Shown here: piece by piece, positions 28,359 through 38,100 of the stretch
Layout of the letters: each line of letters starts with the position of its first letter
Position numbering within the stretch: the first letter of the stretch is position 1
Origin: a virus
Taxonomy: Duplodnaviria > Caudoviricetes
Length of the DNA: 48,882 nt
IMG/VR virus record: IMGVR_UViG_3300020449_000268
Location: 1 to 48,882 of that record
Reading direction: 5' to 3' (one strand)
Made by a program: the position numbers and the translations under genes
The notes under the pieces: model-generated
Told to the model about the DNA's origin: nothing
Database searches by the model: none
Seen by the model: the letters and a program-made list of their open reading frames with translations, nothing else

Positions 28359-29189
28359 TTAGGCACCTGCCGCAAACATTGTTTTTACAACGGTCCCATT
28401 AGAGTCTAAAATTCTTAATTCTACTACACTTTTTAGTTGATCCTGACCTATTGCGTCATCGGCCATATTTGCCTCAGCGATAGTATCCGCGGCAATCATT
28501 GTACCTGTAATAGTTCCAGTATCACCTGTAGTTATTACCGTACCTGAAACGTTAGGAAAATTGATCGTTCTATCTGCTGTAGGATCTACAACATTTATAG
28601 TAGTTTCGTGTGCGTCTGCTGTTGATCCTTCAAATATTAGACCACCAGTAGATTTTGTTGTATAGAAGAATCCGTCAGTTGATACGTTTTTACTTCCAAA
28701 ATCAACAAATGTTGTATTACTTGAAATTTTGTCTACCGTTAACGTTTTAGCAGATGGCATTGTTACATCATCACTCATTGTGATAGTAGAACCTGAACTT
28801 GCAATCGTACTACCTGTAAATGATAACTCACCTAATGTGTGAGCACCAGTACCTGAAGCAGTAAACTCACCAGCGATTGTTACATCATCAGGTAATGCCA
28901 AAGTTACTTTATCAGTTGCACTTACCGTTGCTGTAACTTGATTTGCTGTACCTTGAAATAATAATGTATTACCATTTACTAGTGTTTGAGTATTTGATCC
29001 ATCTGAAACCGTAAAAGATAATGCACCTGAAATGGCAGCGTATAACTCATTTACAGCACCAATTACAGATGTTGCAGAAAGGTTAGAATCAAGTGTTGCA
29101 ATATCGCCAAAATCATTAGCAGACAGAGCATTAAATTCTGTTCTAAAGTCTTCTAACGTTTGTGTAGCAGTTATTTGTCTTGCAGCCAT
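28359..29189 (-). CDS. Short fibre/baseplate-associated structural protein
   Basis: TLEDFR..FN N-terminus, SVIGAVNEL and FEGSTADAHET...DPTADRTI.FP fibre motifs. Confidence 0.65.
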   Translation of the reverse strand: MAARQITATQTLEDFRTEFNALSANDFGDIATLDSNLSATSVIGAVNELYAAISGALSFTVSDGSNTQTLVNGNTLLFQGTANQVTATVSATDKVTLALPDDVTIAGEFTASGTGAHTLGELSFTGSTIASSGSTITMSDDVTMPSAKTLTVDKISSNTTFVDFGSKNVSTDGFFYTTKSTGGLIFEGSTADAHETTINVVDPTADRTINFPNVSGTVITTGDTGTITGTMIAADTIAEANMADDAIGQDQLKSVVELRILDSNGTVVKTMFAAGA

Positions 29190-29407
29190 TAGTTTTTAAT
29201 TTCCTTTAATAGTTTCTTTATTTCAAATAATTCTTGTTTTAAAGTATTTATCTCTTTTACGGTATCTCTTAAAACATCACTTTGTTTCTCTCTAGCAGTA
29301 TACCTTGACATGTAAAGTTGATATTCACTTTTATTTACGTTGACGATAGCGTTTGAGTCGGTATCTCTTACTAAACTAGAAAATCCCTCTACTCTTAATT
29401 TGCTCAT
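29189..29407 (-). CDS. Small coiled-coil protein of the T4-like marine phage structural module
   Basis: VEG...LVRD..SNAIVN...EI..LK..L.EIK.LL pattern. Confidence 0.65.
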   Translation of the reverse strand: MSKLRVEGFSSLVRDTDSNAIVNVNKSEYQLYMSRYTAREKQSDVLRDTVKEINTLKQELFEIKKLLKEIKN

Positions 29408-29408
29408 C

Positions 29409-32400
29409 TTATACCGCCAATGCTATTCCTCTTAAATCTCTTAATACAGGTGGATAAGATGAAATTGTTCCTTTCATAACAACTTTTAGTTGGAATGAAG
29501 TAAAATCATTTATATCACTTGCCGTGTATTTGTATTCTTTAAATGTTGTATCATCTTCAGCAGGCACAATAGATGAGTCTGGACTACCATCTGAATTGAA
29601 AGGTGTCCAACTTAATTCATCTAATTTATCGCCGTCTGTTGAAACTCTAAAATACATTTCTACTTCAGATGTTGATCTTATATTTGCAGTTAATCTAATG
29701 TCTAATGCTTTTGAGTTGTTTTCTAGTAATATAGGTTTTGTACAATATACAGCAGCAGATGATGTACCTGTGTTTGCTGTATCATCAACAAAACTTGGTG
29801 TGTTACTAGATGTAGGACTATTTAATCTGTTTTGAATTGTAAAGGCACTCATTCTTTGAGTATCTAATACAGGAGAAAGTTTTGTATTTGTAGTTGTCAT
29901 TTCTAATATTGTATAGAAAGATTTACCACCAGATATACTTTCGTTTGTTGCGTTTATATCACTTGCAACCATTTGAGGTGCTGTGAAAGCAATATTGTCG
30001 TTATTAATTACAGCAAGTTTATTTGTTGCTGATGTTAATGTAAATTCTGTTTCTGATCCGTGTACTGATCTACCAGTTGTTGTTCTTACAAAGTAATCAA
30101 TATTTGTATCAGGTAAAGTCATAGTTTGTATACCACCTAGATTTAATACATCAAAGACTCTGTTTTGTGTTGCTGTTATAGCAGTACCACCAACATCACC
30201 TGTTGCAGTAGCATTTGATGAACTGCCTGAAGTTATATCGTAACTATCTAAAGTTACGTTTGAAATACTTGTATATGTACCATTAATATCACTATGAGCA
30301 ATACCATTGTGTGTACCACTTGGCACACCAGCAATTGTTACGTTATTACTTGTACCGTGCATACCATGGTTAGGATGGAATACTCTAATTACTTTAGAAC
30401 CATTTGTTGTTCTTAAAGCATTTTGTTTAAGTGTTCTTGTTCCTAATGAATCGTTAGTCAATGTTACTTCACCTGTAACATTACTAAATTCTGCTCTTCT
30501 TAATAAGAATTTCATATCTTCATTTTGTTCAGCAGACCATGTCATACCATTTTGTGATTTGAATAATACACCAGCATATGGTTGAGCAGATATTGTTCTA
30601 TTTGTATCTAAAGATGTTTCACCTATTCTTGCCACATAAGCATTGTAGTCTTGTGAGTTTGCCATTACAACAAAACAATACTCTATGTTTGATTGTATGT
30701 AAACAGGACTTGAAAATGTAAATTTAGTTGCAGTTGTACCATCTGTACTTGTATTTACAGCACTAGGATTCAAAGTTACTTCCGAGAATGGCAATATCTT
30801 TTGACCTGGATATCCATTGACCGTATTTCTTAATTGAACCGTTACTGGTATAGCAGCGTCTTTTGTACTAAAGAATACATCAATAGATGTTAAGAATACA
30901 CCACCTTCGTCATCAATTAAGAAAGTTTGAGCAAGTGGGTCATGGTAACCAACTTGTCTTTCTTCCGTTCTTGTAGATGTTCTTGTAATAGTTTGACTTT
31001 CTGTTACACTTCTCATCTCAACTTTTGCTTCTCTACTTGAAATGATTGTTTCTCTAACCGTTTCTAATAAACCTCTTGCAACGTATTCAGTATTTGCAGC
31101 TGTTTCTACGTTTGCGTTTGTTAAACTATTTGTTGATGAACTTGTTAATCTGAATAATCTTTGACCTGTTCTCCATCTAGGATTTGAACTAGTTTTAGGA
31201 TCAGGTATTGCAAATGTACCTTCAACTTTACCATTAGCGTCTGTAACTAGATTACCACCCAATGCACCACCTGATGGTGTTACGTAAGATGTAATATCAA
31301 TATTATCAAAGTAAGGATAAACTCTAGTATTAGGTTTTAATCTTGTTGCAGTAAATGATAATGTTCTACTTCTAATAAAAGGAACAAATGCGATTGAAAC
31401 TACTCTATCACCGACAGATGTTCTTACCGTTTCAGGTACAGCAACCGCTCTAATTCCTGTTCTTGTTTGTGATACTTGTTGAGCAGTAGTTACTTCTTGT
31501 TTTGCCATTACTCTCCAACCATGACCACCTCTTTTTCTATACGTACCTACGTTTCTTCTTTCTGTTTCAACAGGTCTTCCTGTCCATGTATCTTGCCATG
31601 AGTTCCACACCGTTGACATAGGAAATTCAGTTAGTTGACCAGAGTTACCAGAGTTTTTAGTTAAGTTATCCCAACTACCGTTCGGGTTGTTGATAACTAA
31701 TTCTGGTGCTCTTTCTGTTTCTTTCCATTCATCACCTGGAGGTGTTAATTCTATTGCACCTATCCATGTAAATACACCAAATGGGTTTACATTGATAGCC
31801 TTACTTGCATAAGGTTGATCTATTAGTGTTGTTTCTGTATAAGGTAAAGTTATTAGATCGCCAGTCTTTTGATAGTTATGTGCTGTTCTATCGTCTGCCA
31901 CTATTGCAGTTCCGTCATCATCTGTTTCAACTAATGATATAGCGTCTTCGTGGAATGTAGGTCTTAATTCACCGTTTGCATAATCAATTGAAACTTTGTA
32001 GTCATTGTTACCTACATCACCTATATTGTGACCTGTAAAGTTATCTACAACGAAACCATTTTTAAATCTATCAAAACCATTTGAGTCTTGTATTTGTAAA
32101 TTTTGTGCAGCTGTTTCTAATAAAGATAATTGAGTATAATATTCAGCATTTTCAATTCTTTTTTCTATTCTACCAATATCTCTCATTGTATATCGTTTAT
32201 TGTCAACGTGTTCTATACCAACATCAGCAGTATCTAATGTATATGCAGGTAAAAATAATGTGTATAGGTGCATTGCGTTATCTAAAGTACCTGGTACTCT
32301 AGGTTCTAATGAACTTGCACCTTTTAATACTTTAAAGTTACCATCTTTATCTAAAAATATTTTATCTACTCTTCCTAAATAATATTCAAAGTCTGATCTT

Positions 32401-35400
32401 ACGTCTGAATTAAATTTGATAGGTTGTACAACTGAAGCACCAGTACCATCAAATGATCTATCTTGGTTACCTGAATTAATTGTACTTGCGTCATCAACTC
32501 TAGGTCTAAAGTCTAAACAATCTCTTAATTCAAATCTAGTACCAGTATTTGTTGAAGTGTAAGCAGGAATATCTTCATAATCTATTGCTGAATATGAATC
32601 AACATCAAAATAATCTCCTGCACTATGAGTATAACAATTAAAGTTAACTAATAATCTACCAGTTGGTGTTAATGCACCAGTTTTTAATTTTATTCTACCA
32701 ACATCATAGAAGTTATCTCTTTGACCTGTATCTAAATCAAATCTATCTGTAATATCTGTATGTGATGTTGTTGCAGCTGTACTGAAGTCAGGCGCCATGA
32801 AAATTGAATTGATAGCAATTACGTCTGCTTTTTGTAAACTAATTGTACCACTTTCTATTGTTGCCTGTGTAGATACAGCAATTGTTTCATTACTATTAAG
32901 AGTTTTTGTTTTAGAAGTACCTATTGTTTTGTTTAACGTAACTAATGCTTTAATATTGTGAGCAGCATAGTTTGCACCAAAATCAATTGTTAAAGTAGTT
33001 TTAGCACCATTCAATGCAAATATAGCACCACCTTCATGGTTGTTACCTGTCAAACTCAATACATCTCCAGCAGCACCTGCTGAACCAGAACCTGTGCTTG
33101 TAATTGAGATAGTGTAATCGTCTTCTGCTAAATCAGCAAATGTTTCATTTACACCAGCAGAGAATGTAGCGATACCATCACCTGTTAGTGTTTTGATTTC
33201 GTGTTTTCTAAATGTGTAAGTTGTATCTGAAGCGTTACTATTTGCAGTAGTCTTTAATGTTTTAATATTTTCATATGGCAATTTAAATATAGAAACATTT
33301 TTTTCAGGTGATTGTATTTTTGTTCTTCTTCTTTGTGCAATTGTTTTTGTTGATACATCTGATCCACCAACAGCAGCTGATAATGTAATTGAACTATTAC
33401 TTATTATAGCTTCTACTAATCTTGTTAATGATGTACCACCATCTGTTGTAAATGATATTGAATCACCAACAACTAATTCGTCTGTAAATCTTGTGTTGAA
33501 ACCTGTAACAGCAGTACCACTATTTGCAACTGATAACGTACCAGTTAAAGTAGAATTATCGCCATTTGTAGCGTCTAATGCTGTATCAGCAGTAAATGTA
33601 GGACTACCTGCCATTGAAAGTTGTTTAACAGCAGTAATATCGTGTGAAGTTACACCTTTAAAACCTACAGCGTCTGCTTGAATAACTGCTGTGTTACTTG
33701 ATGTGCCACCTGTTATTGTTTCGCCAGCAGCAAAAGTACCTTGTACATTTGATACTATAACTACAGCGTGTGCAGCTGCACCACCTGAAGTGTAAGTAGT
33801 AAATGATCCACTATTAATAGCAGTTGTACCATCTGTATCAAATAATTCAAAATTTGATGCCGTTGGATTTCTAACCGTAAAAACATTATTGTTTAATTCA
33901 GTCATTCCACCAACACCTGTAATTGTTACTTGTTGACCTTCTTTAAATTTATTTGAAGATGTAACAACACAAGGATTAGCTTTTGTTGCAGCTGTTATTG
34001 TAGCACTTTCTGTAGTAGATACAGATTGTACGGTTGCAGTTGCACCAGAAGTACCACCAGTTACCGTTTCACCAGTTGTAAATGCTTGTGCAGTTTTAAC
34101 GTTTAAGTGAGTAAATAAAACTATATCAAAAAGATAATGTTTGTAAACAGCACTTGTTAAACTTGAACTTGAAAATATGTTTGATGTTGCAGTACCAGAA
34201 GAATATTCAAAACCTCTACTTTTTGCTCTACCGATTGTAGTAATACCTGAATTTGATCCTGTATTTGCAGTACCACGTGAACTTGTTGCTGTATTGTGTA
34301 AAGTTAAAGCTTTAAATCCTTCTACACCTGAAGCAGTTGAGATGTCAGGAGAACCAAAAACGTTTGTTACGTTTATAAAGTTACCTACATCAAATCTTGT
34401 ACTGAAATTATTTTGTGTATCAAAATCTCTTGCCTTATCAACATTCACAAATGTTGTAGCAATCGTATCTATTTCATAACCTTTTACATATGCTTTTCCT
34501 GGAGAAAATCCTACTGCAAGTTTTGTGGCGTCACCACCATTACTTGAACTATAGATACCTCTATTAGTTCCTGAGGATAAATGTTCTCTAACATCTATAT
34601 CAAAAGGTCTTACAACATAGTCACCACTTTCGTCAAATGTTCTACGAGCAAGTGTGTCTTCTAATACAGCATATTCTGTAGTATGAACTTTGTTTTGTAA
34701 TACACCACTTGATAGTCTTAATAATTCATAGAAGTTACTATCTTCAGTATTGTTTAATGCTTTCTTGCCTAGTGTTAAAAGTATTTTAAATCTGTGAGCG
34801 CCAGGTGCGTTTGAGTTTGATACGCCTTGTGCGTTATCATTTAGAGATGTATCATCACCAGGTGTAACAAAAGATTCTGTTACTGATAAACCAACTCTAA
34901 AACTAGGAGTATCTGAATATTTTTCAAGTATTAAAGTTTGTGCAGATACTTGAACGTGAAAACCATTTATGTAATATACACCTTCTTTAATCTGTGCAGC
35001 TGATCCTGTATGACAAGAAGCAACAACAGCAGTAGGACTGCCTGTAGCAGTTGATGTTATTGTTTCACCATGTGTAAAAGCAATTTGTGCACCGTCAGAA
35101 GCAGTATTGATATATTTAACAAATAGTGTATCTGGATCAGTACCATCTGTAGCAACAGCGTTTACAACTTTAGCAGTAACGCCTGAAGTGCCACCTGTTA
35201 GTGTAGAGTCAATATACGTATCTACACTTGTAGCAGTTTTAGATGTTAACTTAACAGCATAGTATTTTAAATCGTAACCAATTTCACCAGGAATGACCAT
35301 TGCACCTTTATCAAAAAGGTGATCTGACATTCTTTCTACTTGATTTTGTAATTGTGTTTGAGATTGTGTTAATTCTCTAGCTTGAACAGCAAACGCAGGT

Positions 35401-35483
35401 CTAAAAAGAACTCTATGGAACTTCTTTGACTCTGTAAAATCGTCATAGTAAGGACTGACATTAAAATCAGTTGGACTTGGCAT
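29409..35483 (-). CDS. Large virion/baseplate structural protein (DUF4815-type)
   Basis: 2024 aa with PYYDDF...FHRVLFRP..AVQARELTQ, RRTFDESGDY, RYTMRDIG, RFKNGFVVDNF and DPLAQTF. Contains an FCCH-like insert (ATKANPCVVT...GMTELN). Confidence 0.85.
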   Translation of the reverse strand: MPSPTDFNVSPYYDDFTESKKFHRVLFRPAFAVQARELTQSQTQLQNQVERMSDHLFDKGAMVIPGEIGYDLKYYAVKLTSKTATSVDTYIDSTLTGGTSGVTAKVVNAVATDGTDPDTLFVKYINTASDGAQIAFTHGETITSTATGSPTAVVASCHTGSAAQIKEGVYYINGFHVQVSAQTLILEKYSDTPSFRVGLSVTESFVTPGDDTSLNDNAQGVSNSNAPGAHRFKILLTLGKKALNNTEDSNFYELLRLSSGVLQNKVHTTEYAVLEDTLARRTFDESGDYVVRPFDIDVREHLSSGTNRGIYSSSNGGDATKLAVGFSPGKAYVKGYEIDTIATTFVNVDKARDFDTQNNFSTRFDVGNFINVTNVFGSPDISTASGVEGFKALTLHNTATSSRGTANTGSNSGITTIGRAKSRGFEYSSGTATSNIFSSSSLTSAVYKHYLFDIVLFTHLNVKTAQAFTTGETVTGGTSGATATVQSVSTTESATITAATKANPCVVTSSNKFKEGQQVTITGVGGMTELNNNVFTVRNPTASNFELFDTDGTTAINSGSFTTYTSGGAAAHAVVIVSNVQGTFAAGETITGGTSSNTAVIQADAVGFKGVTSHDITAVKQLSMAGSPTFTADTALDATNGDNSTLTGTLSVANSGTAVTGFNTRFTDELVVGDSISFTTDGGTSLTRLVEAIISNSSITLSAAVGGSDVSTKTIAQRRRTKIQSPEKNVSIFKLPYENIKTLKTTANSNASDTTYTFRKHEIKTLTGDGIATFSAGVNETFADLAEDDYTISITSTGSGSAGAAGDVLSLTGNNHEGGAIFALNGAKTTLTIDFGANYAAHNIKALVTLNKTIGTSKTKTLNSNETIAVSTQATIESGTISLQKADVIAINSIFMAPDFSTAATTSHTDITDRFDLDTGQRDNFYDVGRIKLKTGALTPTGRLLVNFNCYTHSAGDYFDVDSYSAIDYEDIPAYTSTNTGTRFELRDCLDFRPRVDDASTINSGNQDRSFDGTGASVVQPIKFNSDVRSDFEYYLGRVDKIFLDKDGNFKVLKGASSLEPRVPGTLDNAMHLYTLFLPAYTLDTADVGIEHVDNKRYTMRDIGRIEKRIENAEYYTQLSLLETAAQNLQIQDSNGFDRFKNGFVVDNFTGHNIGDVGNNDYKVSIDYANGELRPTFHEDAISLVETDDDGTAIVADDRTAHNYQKTGDLITLPYTETTLIDQPYASKAINVNPFGVFTWIGAIELTPPGDEWKETERAPELVINNPNGSWDNLTKNSGNSGQLTEFPMSTVWNSWQDTWTGRPVETERRNVGTYRKRGGHGWRVMAKQEVTTAQQVSQTRTGIRAVAVPETVRTSVGDRVVSIAFVPFIRSRTLSFTATRLKPNTRVYPYFDNIDITSYVTPSGGALGGNLVTDANGKVEGTFAIPDPKTSSNPRWRTGQRLFRLTSSSTNSLTNANVETAANTEYVARGLLETVRETIISSREAKVEMRSVTESQTITRTSTRTEERQVGYHDPLAQTFLIDDEGGVFLTSIDVFFSTKDAAIPVTVQLRNTVNGYPGQKILPFSEVTLNPSAVNTSTDGTTATKFTFSSPVYIQSNIEYCFVVMANSQDYNAYVARIGETSLDTNRTISAQPYAGVLFKSQNGMTWSAEQNEDMKFLLRRAEFSNVTGEVTLTNDSLGTRTLKQNALRTTNGSKVIRVFHPNHGMHGTSNNVTIAGVPSGTHNGIAHSDINGTYTSISNVTLDSYDITSGSSSNATATGDVGGTAITATQNRVFDVLNLGGIQTMTLPDTNIDYFVRTTTGRSVHGSETEFTLTSATNKLAVINNDNIAFTAPQMVASDINATNESISGGKSFYTILEMTTTNTKLSPVLDTQRMSAFTIQNRLNSPTSSNTPSFVDDTANTGTSSAAVYCTKPILLENNSKALDIRLTANIRSTSEVEMYFRVSTDGDKLDELSWTPFNSDGSPDSSIVPAEDDTTFKEYKYTASDINDFTSFQLKVVMKGTISSYPPVLRDLRGIALAV

Positions 35484-35499
35484 TATTTATTTTCCTCTA

Positions 35500-36996
35500 T
35501 TAAAACTCAATGATGAGTTTGATGTTTTCAGTTTGGTCAGTCGCTCTTGCAATTTTTGTTCTATTCTCAACGTATAGTATTTCTCCAGTATCATGTTTCA
35601 ATTCAGGAGCAGAATAACCTGCAGTAAACGAAACATTGTTTACGGTTGAAGTAGTATTTTGAGGTGTACCTGTAGCACTTGATGTTTGTCCTGTGATTAC
35701 ATTGGTACCACTAAAAGCAGTAACGTTACCATTTGTATCAGCGCCAGCGTCATTGTGCCTTGTCTGAATATAATATAAAATTTTATTTGTTGAATCATAC
35801 TCAACAACTTTACCCACAGCACCAGTTGAAGCCTGATTAATTTCTTCGTCAGCAACAAAAGTACCTGGTGTAGGTGAAGTATTAATTTTAACAGCGTATG
35901 TTCCTCTTAATGTTGTTGCAGAAGCAGCCGAACCAGCTGCGTTGTTTGGATCTTTAATTAAAGTAATTTTTCTAAAGTCATTTGCAGCCGTAAAGTCACC
36001 AGAGTTAGAAGATTCTGTTCCTTCTAATGTTGTATTTAACATTACAAAGAATCCACCTAATTCTTCTACAGCGTTAAAACCATGACCACCTTTTGGTGGA
36101 ATGATTACGTCTAATTCTGCACCTGACCCAGCACCACCAGCGCCTGTTGCCCCAATGATGTCAGCGTTTCTTATATAACCTGAAGTGTAACCTGATCCGT
36201 TAGTTGTTATTGTAACAGCAGTTATAGCACCAGATGTTAAAGTAACTGAACAAACAGCAGAACTACCATCACCTCTAATTGGCACGTTAGTAATTGTTCC
36301 TGATGTTCCTCCGCCTGAAACCGTATAACTTGATCCTGCAGTTTTAATTTTTACTATATCTATTCCGCCATCAGTTGCAGCTGATGATACGGTTGAGTTT
36401 GTTGCAACTGCCATAAAGTCAGTTGATAAGAAATTTGATTGTTGAGCTGCTGATAAAGTGTACATATATTTCCACTTGTATCCATCACCAGTTGTAATTA
36501 CAGATGTTGAAGTACCTGTTGGTTCTACCGTTGAGGCAGTATTACCATCATTGTCTAAACACTTGTAAACATTTCTGTCTGAAGTTAATACATAAAAAGT
36601 TGCGTCAAATAAAGTTGTTGCAGTACTATTTGCTGTTACTTTTGTTGATGTGCTACCTGTTACAAACTCCTCATAATCGTGTCTGTAAATATCGTATGTT
36701 GTACCTGTTGCCCAGTTTCTTCTAGGAATAACAAATGAAACGTCTGAACCTGTGATCTTTTTTGCAGCCAGCAGATCATCATAGTTTTTAAATTCATTTA
36801 GTACACTATCGCCTGGTGTTGTAGGTGCTGTTTCTGTACCTTCGTAATCTGTTCTTCCATCTGGTCTTGTTAAAGTACCATATGATTGTGCTCTACCTAT
36901 TCCTAAGTAGTAAACCGTAGCGGCAGTTTCAGAAAATGATTCTGAAAATTGTTCCGCATTATTCATTCTAAATTTGTTTGTTATTATTGCTGGCAT
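35500..36996 (-). CDS. gp8: Baseplate wedge subunit gp8-like
   Basis: MPAIIT.KFR..NA, VIPRRNW..G..YD.Y, VYKCL.N and DGYKWKYMY. Confidence 0.85.
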   Translation of the reverse strand: MPAIITNKFRMNNAEQFSESFSETAATVYYLGIGRAQSYGTLTRPDGRTDYEGTETAPTTPGDSVLNEFKNYDDLLAAKKITGSDVSFVIPRRNWATGTTYDIYRHDYEEFVTGSTSTKVTANSTATTLFDATFYVLTSDRNVYKCLDNDGNTASTVEPTGTSTSVITTGDGYKWKYMYTLSAAQQSNFLSTDFMAVATNSTVSSAATDGGIDIVKIKTAGSSYTVSGGGTSGTITNVPIRGDGSSAVCSVTLTSGAITAVTITTNGSGYTSGYIRNADIIGATGAGGAGSGAELDVIIPPKGGHGFNAVEELGGFFVMLNTTLEGTESSNSGDFTAANDFRKITLIKDPNNAAGSAASATTLRGTYAVKINTSPTPGTFVADEEINQASTGAVGKVVEYDSTNKILYYIQTRHNDAGADTNGNVTAFSGTNVITGQTSSATGTPQNTTSTVNNVSFTAGYSAPELKHDTGEILYVENRTKIARATDQTENIKLIIEF

Positions 36997-37011
36997 TGTT
37001 ATTCCTCTTTA

Positions 37012-37019
37012 TATTTATA
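37012..37019 (-). promoter_or_regulatory. T4-type late promoter TATAAATA
   Basis: tatttata upstream of gp8. Confidence 0.75.
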
Positions 37020-37030
37020 ATCAAAATCTA

Positions 37031-38077
37031 TTATGATCCTGCTCCTATTATTGTTTTCACCGTTGATCCACCTGAGTCTTTTATCTCTAAAGTGACGGCA
37101 CTTACTAATTCTGTAGATGATACGGTGTTTGCTTGCAGAGCTGCAACACCTGTAACGTTGCCTGATCCGTCAAAACTTGCAGATGTCCAGACTACATCAC
37201 CTGTCATACCGATTGTACGACCTGTTGCTAATGCAGTTGCCGTATCGGCATTACCTGTTATGTTACCTGTCACATTTCCTTCAATATTACCTACTAATGT
37301 ACCTGTAGTTATTGATAGATTACCTGTATCTGAAGCAGTTGCAGTTGTAGTACCTACAACGAACTTGTCAGCAGACTCGTCCCATGCAATAATAGCATTA
37401 TCTCCAGTAGAACCTCTTTCCATAATGATACCTGTATCATTGGCATTTGAAGTTGCACCACTATTTAATTCTAGTAAGTTATCATCTAAAGTAGTATTAG
37501 TTGAATTTACGGTAGTTGTTGTACCATTAACCGTTAAGTTTCCTGTAACCGTAAGATTACCAGCGGCAGTTGTATTTGCACCTGAAAAGGACATTGCAGT
37601 TCCTAGTGAAGCGCCTGATCTTAATTGTAATTCACCACTATTATTAATTACAGCACCAAAGATAGTACCACCATCTTTAAATGCAATTGTAGCACCATCA
37701 CTATCAAGCGATATATCACCTGATACGTCTAGTGTAAAATCACCTGTTCTAGTAATTGTGTTGATCTCAGGACTTGTTAAAGTCTTATTGGTTAATGTTT
37801 CTGATCCTGTTAATGAAACAAAACTATCGCCTTGTAAGGCAGTATTAAACTCGGCTAATGAACCAGTAATAACGTTACCAGTACCACCTAAATCTATTGT
37901 TTTGTTAGTTAAAGTTGCTGTACCAGCAGCAGTTAAAGGTGCTGTTAAAGTTGAACCGTCACCAAACGCAGTATAGATTTCATTAAAGTTGTCGTTGATT
38001 ATATCACCACCGACACGTAACGTACTACCCGTTCCGTCGTTTGCAGTTGATCCGATGTTTATTGTTTGTTTTGCCAT
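37031..38077 (-). CDS. Baseplate/fibre connector with a gp9/gp10-like N-terminus
   Basis: MAKQTINIGSTANDGTG.TLR.GG..IN.NF.EIY followed by fibre-like repeats. Confidence 0.75.
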   Translation of the reverse strand: MAKQTINIGSTANDGTGSTLRVGGDIINDNFNEIYTAFGDGSTLTAPLTAAGTATLTNKTIDLGGTGNVITGSLAEFNTALQGDSFVSLTGSETLTNKTLTSPEINTITRTGDFTLDVSGDISLDSDGATIAFKDGGTIFGAVINNSGELQLRSGASLGTAMSFSGANTTAAGNLTVTGNLTVNGTTTTVNSTNTTLDDNLLELNSGATSNANDTGIIMERGSTGDNAIIAWDESADKFVVGTTTATASDTGNLSITTGTLVGNIEGNVTGNITGNADTATALATGRTIGMTGDVVWTSASFDGSGNVTGVAALQANTVSSTELVSAVTLEIKDSGGSTVKTIIGAGS

Positions 38078-38090
38078 ATCTCTCTCTTAC

Positions 38091-38098
38091 TATTTATA
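38091..38098 (-). promoter_or_regulatory. T4-type late promoter TATAAATA
   Basis: tatttata upstream of the 37031..38077 gene. Confidence 0.75.
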
Positions 38099-38100
38099 TC

